Assembly: GCA_964466415.1 (NCBI GenBank)
Contig: CAYXQZ010000003.1
Span: 1 to 46,582 of the forward strand
Length of the DNA stretch: 46,582 nucleotides
DNA from: an uncultured Paludibacter sp.
GTDB lineage: Bacteria; Bacteroidota; Bacteroidia; Bacteroidales; Paludibacteraceae
Direction: 5' to 3'
The notes under the pieces were generated by a model. It was not told the DNA's origin. It saw only the letters and a list, made by a program, of their open reading frames with translations, and did not search any database. Every line of letters begins with the position of its first letter. The stretch's first letter is position 1. Below, piece after piece: positions 9,639 through 18,520 of this stretch. Position numbers and translations under genes: made by a program.

Positions 9639-12074
9639 ATGAAATCAAAGTTATATTTATTTATATCTTTCGTTTTGCTCGCTGTATTTTCTTTCAGTGT
9701 GAAAGCACAATACAGCACGATACGTACAAATGTTTTCAACGATTTGCAGAGTCAGGTAAGTACTTCTGCTTTAAATAGTTTGGCAAACACCTATTATGTA
9801 AATTTACTTACTGATGCTGACAATAATGATAGTACTTGGGTAGATATTAATTATAAGGACCCTTCAATAAGCACATGGCAACCAATGAATCATATTTCAA
9901 GATTACAGTATATGGCACTCGCTTATACCCGTTCTGGTTCATTACTTTACCAAAACAGGACACTCATAAGCGCAATAACAAAAGCACTGGCTTATTGGAA
10001 CAGAGTGAATCCTATTTGCAAAAATTGGTACTTTAATGCGTTAGCAGTCCCTAATGAGCTGGGGCAATTATTAATCATTCTCAGTTTTGGTAATACAGCA
10101 CTTCCAAGTCCCCTATTTGATGCCTTGACCATTAAACTAAATCGTGGCGACCTATGGAAGTCAACTGGTGCAAACAAAACATATAATGCATTGGCCTATA
10201 TGTATAGAGCTTCCTTGACTAATAATGTGGTTCCGCTAGATAGTGCGGTGACAGCTTTTAGACAGGAAGTTACACCTACTACTTTAACTGAAGGTTTGCA
10301 ATATGATAACTCTTTCCTGCAACATGGCCCGCAAATGTATATTGATAATTATGGGTTCGCGTTATGGAGAGATGAATTTCAGGGGGCTTTATATTTATTG
10401 GGTACCAGCTATGCTTTTAGCGGCAGTGCACTCGAAAGTATTTCAAACTTCTTGCTCAATGCCCATCTTAAAGCGTTCAGGGGCAAATATTCCGATTTTA
10501 ATGTTGTGGGCAGACAAATTGGTTGGCACGATATATTGGATAAATCATCACGCTTATCCAATCTTCAACAAGCAAAATTGGTTAATTCAGCACACAGTGT
10601 TGATTACGATGCCGCAATTGCTCGCTTCAATGGCACAAAACCAGCCAGTTATGGAATTGTAGCTTCCCATCAACATTACTATAAGGCTGATTTTACTAAT
10701 CATGTGAGGCCTGCTTATTCTTTTAACGTCAGGACTAACTCTACCCGCACATGTCGCACTGAGTGGTTAAATAATGAAAATCTGAAAGGCAATTTTCTTC
10801 CTGATGGTGCTACAAATATTCAACGTAGGGGGGACGAGTATTTTAATATCTTCCCCGCATGGAAGTGGGATAAAGTTCCAGGTATAACTTGCCGTAGCTA
10901 TACTGTCGACAAAACAATGCCTGGCATGAACATAAGTACCTGGCTTTTTTATGGCAGCACATCATTTGTAGGAGGAGTTTCGGATAGCATTTATGGTGCA
11001 AGTACCTACCAAATGAATTATAATGGGGTGTCGGCTCGTAAATCATGGTTCTTTTTTGACAAAGAAGTGGTTTGTCTGGGAGCAGGCATCACTAGTACAG
11101 CTGCAGAGGCCATTCATTCTACTGTCAACCAATGTTTAAGAGTTGGGAGCGTTCAATATAAAGATGAAGCAGGATCCGTGAATACAATAGCTCTTGGCGA
11201 TTCGATAGCACCGGTGAACGCTCAATGGGCTTTGCAGGACAGCATTGGTTATTTCTTTCCATCGGGTGGAAATATCAACATAACAAATCGTACGCAGACA
11301 GGAACCTGGATTTCTCTTGCTTCAGCAGGATCTTCTACATTGCTCAGCAAAGATGTTTTCAAACTATGGATGAATCACGGAATAAAACCAACCAATGGAT
11401 CTTATTCCTACATTGTTGTACCCGAAATAGCCAATACAACAGCAATGAACAGTTATAATTTAAGCAATATTCAAATTATTGCTAACACTGCCTCTTTACA
11501 AGCAGTAAAGAACAATGAACTGAATATTTTGCAGGTAATTTTTTCTGCTCCAGGCACTGTTACCGATCCCATATCTGGGTTGACCATTACTGTTGATAAG
11601 GCTTGTGTTTTAATGGCGAAAAATGTGGGAATTAACAAGGTAACGGTAAGTATAGCAGATCCAACTCAACTATCCACTACGATAAACCTTTCCCTGAAAT
11701 TTTCTTTGGTAAGTACTGCCATTCAAAGGATAATAAACATGCCAATAGCTCCCTACAAGGGTGCTACTACAACAATTGCTATTGATGCACCCTTAACAAC
11801 TATTAAGGGAAATGCTGCTAACGAGAATATAACCTTATTTCCAAATCCTGGGTCAAGTATTATCAACATTTGCTTGCCACAGAATTTAATGGACAGACAG
11901 ATCAAATTGAAATTGAAATTGATAACATTGGATGGAAAAGTTTTAGAACAAAAAAATGTAACTAAAGAAATTGAACAACTTTCAATAGATCAGTATTCAG
12001 CGGGTTCCTATTTTGTTCAAGTGATTTCTGAAGGAGAAGTGATAGCAGCTAAAAGATTGATTGTTGTTAAATAG
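9639..12074 (+). CDS. PL8 chondroitin AC/hyaluronate lyase with T9SS C-terminal domain
   Basis: NWY, TGANK, catalytic His/Tyr segment SFLQHGPQMYIDNYG, GRQ, NNENLKG, WDKVPG, KSWFFFDKEVVCLG. CTD begins LFPNP and ends GSYFVQV...LIVVK. Confidence 0.93.
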   Translation: MKSKLYLFISFVLLAVFSFSVKAQYSTIRTNVFNDLQSQVSTSALNSLANTYYVNLLTDADNNDSTWVDINYKDPSISTWQPMNHISRLQYMALAYTRSGSLLYQNRTLISAITKALAYWNRVNPICKNWYFNALAVPNELGQLLIILSFGNTALPSPLFDALTIKLNRGDLWKSTGANKTYNALAYMYRASLTNNVVPLDSAVTAFRQEVTPTTLTEGLQYDNSFLQHGPQMYIDNYGFALWRDEFQGALYLLGTSYAFSGSALESISNFLLNAHLKAFRGKYSDFNVVGRQIGWHDILDKSSRLSNLQQAKLVNSAHSVDYDAAIARFNGTKPASYGIVASHQHYYKADFTNHVRPAYSFNVRTNSTRTCRTEWLNNENLKGNFLPDGATNIQRRGDEYFNIFPAWKWDKVPGITCRSYTVDKTMPGMNISTWLFYGSTSFVGGVSDSIYGASTYQMNYNGVSARKSWFFFDKEVVCLGAGITSTAAEAIHSTVNQCLRVGSVQYKDEAGSVNTIALGDSIAPVNAQWALQDSIGYFFPSGGNINITNRTQTGTWISLASAGSSTLLSKDVFKLWMNHGIKPTNGSYSYIVVPEIANTTAMNSYNLSNIQIIANTASLQAVKNNELNILQVIFSAPGTVTDPISGLTITVDKACVLMAKNVGINKVTVSIADPTQLSTTINLSLKFSLVSTAIQRIINMPIAPYKGATTTIAIDAPLTTIKGNAANENITLFPNPGSSIINICLPQNLMDRQIKLKLKLITLDGKVLEQKNVTKEIEQLSIDQYSAGSYFVQVISEGEVIAAKRLIVVK

Positions 12075-12218
12075 TGCAATTTGACGAGGAAAGACAAACT
12101 TATTTAAGATATAAAATACAATAGTCCACCAATAAACTCTTTTCTCAATATTCGTTCATAATGACGGTTGATTTGTCGATAGTTAACAATTTAACTCATC
12201 TTTCTGAATGGATAACAG

Positions 12219-12255
12219 TTTTAATTATCCAATTTGTGTAATTGGATAATTAAAA
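12219..12255. promoter_or_regulatory. Perfect 16-bp inverted repeat upstream of the GH2 gene (operator or hairpin)
   Basis: TTTTAATTATCCAATT-tgtgt-AATTGGATAATTAAAA. Confidence 0.6.
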
Positions 12256-12351
12256 TATCACATTTTCTTTTGCGTGACCAGCTCACATCCTCAACTTTGC
12301 TCATTTAATAATTGTTCGTTACTTAGATATTCCTTTCTATAAAAAAACAAA

Positions 12352-15285
12352 ATGCAAAAAACACGATGTAATTTTAATATTTTCATCTATCCATTTATCA
12401 AAAAGTCAGTTTTTATTTTAATGCTTAAATTTTGTATAATACTATTTGTATGTACAAATCTACAAGCTCAGACCATTACTCCTCAGCAAGGTATAAAAGC
12501 TGTCAATCAAAGACTTTCAATGGATAAAGGGTGGCTTTTTCACAAGGGCGATATTCCCTTTCCCGAAATTATTGGCCATAGTGGTAGTTATGCCTATTGC
12601 AAAGCGGGTGCTGCGCAAGGTGCTGCGGCCATGGATTATGATGATAGTAACTGGTCGGTAGTGGATGTTCCACACGATTGGGCAATAGAAACTTTAGTCG
12701 ATTCAACAGCACTTATTTCTCAGGGCTACCACCATCGTGGATGGGCTTGGTATAGAAAAAACTTTCAACTGAGTCCTTCTGATAAAGGGAAATACCTAGA
12801 AATACAGTTGGATGGAATCGCTACACACTGTACCGTTTGGGTAAATGGGATTGTGATGCACCGTAATTGGTGCGGATATACCAGCATGTACATTGACATC
12901 ACCGCCATTGCCAAATATGGCGATGAGCTTAACAACATAGCCATTCAGGTTGATGCACAGGATATCGAAGGCTGGTGGTACGAAGGTGCTGGAATCTACC
13001 GCCATACATGGTTGCTAAAGCGTTCGCCAGTACACATTGTCACTGATGGTATTTATGCCAATCCCGTTCGATCAGAAAATGGAAAGTGGGGAATTCCGGT
13101 ACAAGTGAACCTTGAGAATTCGGGAGAAAAAATAAAACAAGTTGAAGTTACTTCTGTATTGACAGATAAACAAAACAATGTGTTGGCAAGTGGACAAACA
13201 AATATGGAAGTAGAGCCGATACTTAAAGCAATGGCATCTATTCCTATTTTATTGACAGATACTCCACAGTTATGGTCCGTGGATGATCCTATTTTGTACA
13301 ATCTGAAAACTACCGTTAAAGTTGATGGAATTGTAGTGGATGAAATTACTACCCATTGCGGATTCCGTTATTTTCGTTTTGACCCAGATTCGGGTTTTTA
13401 TTTGAACGGAAAGCACTTGAAAATAAAAGGTGTGTGCAATCACATCGACCATGCAGGAGTAGGGGTGGCAGTTCCAGACGCCATTTGGGAATTCCGGTTG
13501 AGGAAAATTAAAGAGATGGGTGCCAATGCCTATCGTTGTTCACACAACCCGCCCAGTAGAGAGTTTCTGGATCTGTGCGACAGTATGGGTATTTTAGTGA
13601 TGGCCGAAAATAGAAATTTCAATGCCTCGCCCGAATACCTACGTCAATTGGAATGGATGGTACGAAGGGATAGAAATCACCCAAGCATTATACTTTGGAG
13701 CGTATTCAACGAAGAACCTATGCAGGGCACTGAACAAGGCTACGAAATGGTTCGCCGAATGAGTGTCGAAGTGAAAAAACTCGATACTACAAGACCGGTA
13801 ACCGCTGCCATGAATGGTGGATTTCAGTCTATTAAAAGTGTGGCGCACGCTGTAGATGTTGCTGGTTTCAATTACCAAATATATGAATACGACCGTTTTC
13901 ACAAAGCCAACCCCACCATTCCTTTGACTAGCTCTGAAGATGCCAGCGGAGTGATGATGCGCGATAATTATGTGACCAATGCATCCAAGAATCTTTTGGA
14001 TGCCTACGACACGCAGTCACCACCATGGGGCGCCACCCATCGTAACGCTTGGAAAGAAATTGATTCCAGACCCTATCTGGCAGGTTGTTTTATCTGGACA
14101 GGTTTTGATTATCACGGCGAACCTACCCCTTATGCATGGCCTACGGTTTCTTCTAGTTTTGGTATCATGGATTTATGTGGTTTTCCAAAAACGGCTTATT
14201 GGCTCCATCAAGCACAATGGATTCAGGATAAAGATATCTTGCATGTAGTTCCTCATTGGAACTGGCCGACCGATTCTATTGGTAAGCCAATAAAAGTTAT
14301 GGCATTGAGCAATGCCGATAGGGTAAAACTCTTTTTGAACGGTAAATTGATTGGAGAAAAGCAAAATGATAAATACGAAATGGTGAGTTGGGAAGTGCCC
14401 TACCAACCCGGAAAATTGGTTGCAATTGGGTATAAAAATGCCAAGCAGGTTTCTACATTCAAGGTAGAAACCACTGGCCAAGCTGTTAGCTTAGAATTGC
14501 TACCCGACAGAAACATGCTGAAAAACGAAGGACAGGATGCTATGCCCATAACTGTTAGGGCATTGGATGCCAAAGGTCGACCGGTAACGGTTTGCAACGA
14601 AATGATAGAATTTGAAGTTTCAGGCAGTGTTAAAATCATCGGTTTGGGCAATGGAGATCCCAATAGTCATGAGTCTGAAAAAGGGAATAAAAGAAGTTTA
14701 TTCAATGGTTTGGCTCAAATCATTATTCAGTCAGTTGAAAATGGAAAAGCAGGTGTTACTTTAACTGCCAAAGCCAAAGGTTTGAAACCAGCAAGCATAA
14801 ACATTCCACTTCAAGTCGTTGAGCCTATTGCGGCTGTCATACCCGAGGAGATGAACAAAAGGGTGATGAACTTGAATAAGTGGAGTCTTTCACCCGAATT
14901 TACAGAACGCCCCAATCCATTAATGAAGGTGGCTGATAATGACATGAACAGTTGGCGACCTATCAATACTGGTCAATTGTCAAAAGTGTCTGTTGGAAAA
15001 TACGTCATACTTCGTTGTAGCTTTACCCGCTACAAACAACAGCAAACTGGCGGAAAGATTGTTTTTGAAAATATCTTCGGGATAGCAGAAATTTGGTTGA
15101 ACGATAAAAAATTGGCCGAGAAAACAAAGGTCGAATCTGCTGATCTGTCAATTGATTTGCCTGCAGAAAGCAACAAATATAGCCTGAATATATTAATCCG
15201 TAATCCGCAAAGCTCAAAATTAGGCTTGGAAGGAGAAGTAAGGGTTATTGGCAATAATTCTAAAAAAGTTCCGTACGTGAATTAG
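12352..15285 (+). CDS. GH2 beta-galactosidase-like glycoside hydrolase (true start may be a downstream Met)
   Basis: VPHDW, WWYEGAGIYR, RCSHNP, DRNHPSIILWSVFNEE (acid/base), FIWTGFDYHGEP, GNGDP. Confidence 0.92.
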   Translation: MQKTRCNFNIFIYPFIKKSVFILMLKFCIILFVCTNLQAQTITPQQGIKAVNQRLSMDKGWLFHKGDIPFPEIIGHSGSYAYCKAGAAQGAAAMDYDDSNWSVVDVPHDWAIETLVDSTALISQGYHHRGWAWYRKNFQLSPSDKGKYLEIQLDGIATHCTVWVNGIVMHRNWCGYTSMYIDITAIAKYGDELNNIAIQVDAQDIEGWWYEGAGIYRHTWLLKRSPVHIVTDGIYANPVRSENGKWGIPVQVNLENSGEKIKQVEVTSVLTDKQNNVLASGQTNMEVEPILKAMASIPILLTDTPQLWSVDDPILYNLKTTVKVDGIVVDEITTHCGFRYFRFDPDSGFYLNGKHLKIKGVCNHIDHAGVGVAVPDAIWEFRLRKIKEMGANAYRCSHNPPSREFLDLCDSMGILVMAENRNFNASPEYLRQLEWMVRRDRNHPSIILWSVFNEEPMQGTEQGYEMVRRMSVEVKKLDTTRPVTAAMNGGFQSIKSVAHAVDVAGFNYQIYEYDRFHKANPTIPLTSSEDASGVMMRDNYVTNASKNLLDAYDTQSPPWGATHRNAWKEIDSRPYLAGCFIWTGFDYHGEPTPYAWPTVSSSFGIMDLCGFPKTAYWLHQAQWIQDKDILHVVPHWNWPTDSIGKPIKVMALSNADRVKLFLNGKLIGEKQNDKYEMVSWEVPYQPGKLVAIGYKNAKQVSTFKVETTGQAVSLELLPDRNMLKNEGQDAMPITVRALDAKGRPVTVCNEMIEFEVSGSVKIIGLGNGDPNSHESEKGNKRSLFNGLAQIIIQSVENGKAGVTLTAKAKGLKPASINIPLQVVEPIAAVIPEEMNKRVMNLNKWSLSPEFTERPNPLMKVADNDMNSWRPINTGQLSKVSVGKYVILRCSFTRYKQQQTGGKIVFENIFGIAEIWLNDKKLAEKTKVESADLSIDLPAESNKYSLNILIRNPQSSKLGLEGEVRVIGNNSKKVPYVN

Positions 15286-15419
15286 TTTGTATTATATGAG
15301 TATCCGTATAATTAGAGTATGTCTTTATAGTCCGGATTGGAAGTTGAATCATAAGTTGTTTAACCTTTTTTTGACACTGGTTGTAAACCTTGCCGTTTTT
15401 CAATAATTCTTCCTTTATT

Positions 15420-15448
15420 ATCCCATTATACATCCCATTATACATCCC
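15420..15448. repeat. 12-bp tandem repeat, 2.4 copies
   Basis: ATCCCATTATAC-ATCCCATTATAC-ATCCC. Confidence 0.8.
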
Positions 15449-15542
15449 CATATGAATTGGAATTGTATAAATTGTCTGTTTATTTGGACAAAATTATCCT
15501 TTTTTTTCGTCAGATTTTAGGACTCTAACGTCTTATTAATTG

Positions 15543-15550
15543 TATTTTTG
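15543..15550 (+). promoter_or_regulatory. Bacteroidetes -7 promoter element for the sulfatase/PL8 unit
   Basis: TATTTTTG fits TAnnTTTG, 21 nt before the ATG. Confidence 0.6.
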
Positions 15551-15571
15551 CAGATATAAATATATTATAAA

Positions 15572-17101
15572 ATGAGAACCATAACCAAAGTATTCCCTAC
15601 CTTACTAGGATTGTCAGCAGTTTCGGCTCTGACAGCTCAAACAACCCTTCATCCGAATGTGATTTACGTCTTTCCTGATCAATTCCGCAATTGTGCCCTT
15701 CATTTCTGGAACGATGACGCATTTAAAACCTATGTAAATTTCAAAGCCGACCCTACACATACCCCGCAAATCGACAAATTTGCACGCGAAGCGGTGGTAT
15801 TTACCTCTGCTCAGAGTAATTGTCCGCTCAGCAGTCCTCATCGTGCTATGTTGTTTACCGGATTGTACCCAGATGCTAATGGTGTGATGCTCAACTGCCA
15901 CGACAAACGTCCGGTAAGTAATTTACGGGAAGATGTGACCACCATAAGCGATGTGTTTAGCCGTAACGGATACGATTGTGGCTACATAGGCAAATATCAT
16001 TTGGATTACCCTATTCCCAACGACCCACAGCATCCGGGACAATTAGTAGATCACAGAGATCCGGCCTGGGATGCTTATACCCCAAAAGAACGTCGTCATG
16101 GATTTAATTTCTGGTATTCCTACGGCACCTTCGACGAACATAAAAATCCGCATTATTGGGACTCGGATGGCAACAGGCACGACCCCAAAGAATGGTCGCC
16201 AAAACACGAAGCCGACAAAGCCATTGAATACATGACTTCAATACGCGACAAGAACAAACCATTTTTTCTCGTGGTAAGTATGAATCCACCTCACAGTCCT
16301 TATCAGTCCTTAGATGATTGTATGGAAGAGGACTTTAATTTATATAAAGACATTCCGCTTTCCAACTTGTTGATTCGTCCTAATGTAAATCCTGAATTAA
16401 AGAAAAAGCAAAAGGCGGCACCTTATTATTTTGCCAATGTCAGTGGAGTGGATCGTGAATTTGGCCGGATACTTTCCGCACTCAAAGCAATGGGACTTGA
16501 TAAAAATACCATTGTTGTGTTTTCGTCCGATCATGGCGAAACGCTTGCAAGTCATGTGGAGGATGCCAAGAATTCTCCCTATACCGAAGCTATGAATGTG
16601 CCGTTTATCATTCGTTACCCCGAAAAACTAAAACCACACGTGAGCAACTTATTGTTATCCACACCCGATATTATGCCCACTCTTTTAACCCTTGCCGGAT
16701 TAAATGATCGCATCCCAACCAGCGTGGAAGGTACTGATTTGTCAGCTGAGTTTATAAATTTGAAACCAACGAAAAATGCACCAAAAGCAGTTTTATACAT
16801 TAGAGATGCCGATGGGAAGAAGAATGCCGAGAAAAAAACCATCAGTTACTTTCCGGTGGCGAGAGGAATAAAAACCGACCGTTATACATTGGCTTTAACC
16901 ATTGATAAGAAAACCAGCCAATTAACCGAAGTATTGATGTTTGACGACTTGAAAGATCCTTATCAAATGAACAACTTGTCGGTTGAAAAAAACAAAGAGC
17001 TTTTTCAGTCCTTGTGCAAACTAATGCCGGATTTACTCAAAAAAGCCAATGATCCATGGTATAGAGAAAGGATTTTAAGCGACATTATTCCATACAAATA
17101 A
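15572..17101 (+). CDS. Ser-type formylglycine (S1) sulfatase, probably a chondroitin 4-O-sulfatase
   Basis: PNVIYVFPDQ, SSPHR (S-x-P-x-R), GKYH, PPHSPY, SDHG. From memory it closely resembles the Bacteroides chondroitin endo-4-O-sulfatase BT3349, which also lies beside a PL8. Confidence 0.9.
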   Translation: MRTITKVFPTLLGLSAVSALTAQTTLHPNVIYVFPDQFRNCALHFWNDDAFKTYVNFKADPTHTPQIDKFAREAVVFTSAQSNCPLSSPHRAMLFTGLYPDANGVMLNCHDKRPVSNLREDVTTISDVFSRNGYDCGYIGKYHLDYPIPNDPQHPGQLVDHRDPAWDAYTPKERRHGFNFWYSYGTFDEHKNPHYWDSDGNRHDPKEWSPKHEADKAIEYMTSIRDKNKPFFLVVSMNPPHSPYQSLDDCMEEDFNLYKDIPLSNLLIRPNVNPELKKKQKAAPYYFANVSGVDREFGRILSALKAMGLDKNTIVVFSSDHGETLASHVEDAKNSPYTEAMNVPFIIRYPEKLKPHVSNLLLSTPDIMPTLLTLAGLNDRIPTSVEGTDLSAEFINLKPTKNAPKAVLYIRDADGKKNAEKKTISYFPVARGIKTDRYTLALTIDKKTSQLTEVLMFDDLKDPYQMNNLSVEKNKELFQSLCKLMPDLLKKANDPWYRERILSDIIPYK

Positions 17102-17123
17102 ACTCATAATAAATTCAGCATAT

Positions 17124-18520
17124 ATGAAGTTCAACAATAGATTTTTTTTCCTGTTTTGTATTGTATTAAGCACCGGTGTTTTTGCTCAAAAAGAAGAAAC
17201 TGAATATGCTGTTAATAATTATCATCGTTATTATGCTGATGGACAGAAAGTAAAGGATGTCGTTAAAGAAAAATCTATTCAGGAGTACCGCCAAAACTTT
17301 TCTTTGAATGGTTACCTGCAACATAAGCTTTCCAAATGCAAAATAACTGCGAAAGATTGTACTGACCAACTTACTGCCGATGGACAGTTTGCTGACATGA
17401 TAGACCTCGAAACAAAAATTTATAATGAAAAACTATTGTTTGAAAAATTCAATGGAACCGACAATATCGTTGCTAATTTTTTGGAGGAAGCACACAACCG
17501 GTTTTGGAAATTGCCGTTGAGATTAGAAAAGGGAAGTTTGCTAAATCTGACCCAAAATATTCGTATTTTCTGAAAGCTATTCTCCATTACGGTGCTATTG
17601 AAATAGGTCGTTCCAATACTATCCCCCGATTTCATGCTTCGTGTTTTGCAATACCAACAGCTGCGGTCAATACCTATTTTTGTCTGCTAAAAAAAATGGA
17701 TGATGTTGAAGCCGGAAAAATCAAAGACGAACAAATTGTTGCGGTATGCGACATGCTCAAAGCACTTGCTTTACAATCCTGGACACAGCCATTGCGAAAA
17801 GACGAAACGGACAAGAACGTAGTTCAAATTGATCGTTTTAGAAATCATGTTTGGTGGGTTGGTGGCAATGCGTTGGCTTATCGTTCGTTGCTGCCTGTGG
17901 CGTTTATGTATAAATCCATTCCAATGATTGATCTGATTGCCGATGTGAGTCAGAAATGCATTAGCACCACTTCGCAAAACACCTTTAGTTCGGCTTTCTG
18001 GACCGAAGGTTTTACCGCAGATGGTGCAGGTTGGGGACACGGGAAACAAAGTCTGGTGTGGGGATATCCTATCGATGGCACTTCCAATGCACTGTCAATG
18101 CTCAACGATTTGAAAGGATCACCCTGGAATAAAAAATTGTCGCGTGAAAATGTGGATGCCCTAATGAATTTTTTCAGAGGTTCAAATTGGTATTATTTTA
18201 AAGGATTTACCCTACCAGGACTTGACCGACACAACTTTTTATTTGAAAATGACAGAAAAGCCATTCGATACGTGGGTATGCTGAACACATTAATAAGTGA
18301 CTGGAAAGATTCATTTACTGCAAAAGAACTCACTGAATTAAAGCAACTCCTTCGGGAGGGAAATAATAAAGATATCAATATGAATTTGTCAAATGATGGA
18401 GTTTACAACGGCACACGCTGGTTTTTCAACAATGATGATTTGATAAAAAAGAATGACAAATATCATATAATAGTCAACATGGCTTCGGTGAGGTGTGATG
18501 GATTAGAAAGTGCATTGCCG
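17124..18520 (+). pseudogene. Frameshifted and 3'-truncated PL8-family chondroitin lyase
   Basis: Signal-peptide ORF 17124..17573 continues in another frame at 17508-17510; one extra A gives NRFWK-IAVEIRKG. Lyase motifs WWVGGN, EGFTADGAGWGHG...GYP and VNMASVRCDGLES are present. The beta-sheet domains are missing after ~18515. Confidence 0.8.

Noticed and set aside
15260-15451. 63-aa minus-strand ORF starting MGMYNGMYNG
   Set aside because: The peptide repeat just reflects the 12-bp tandem repeat. The ORF overlaps the GH2 3' end and has no recognisable family.
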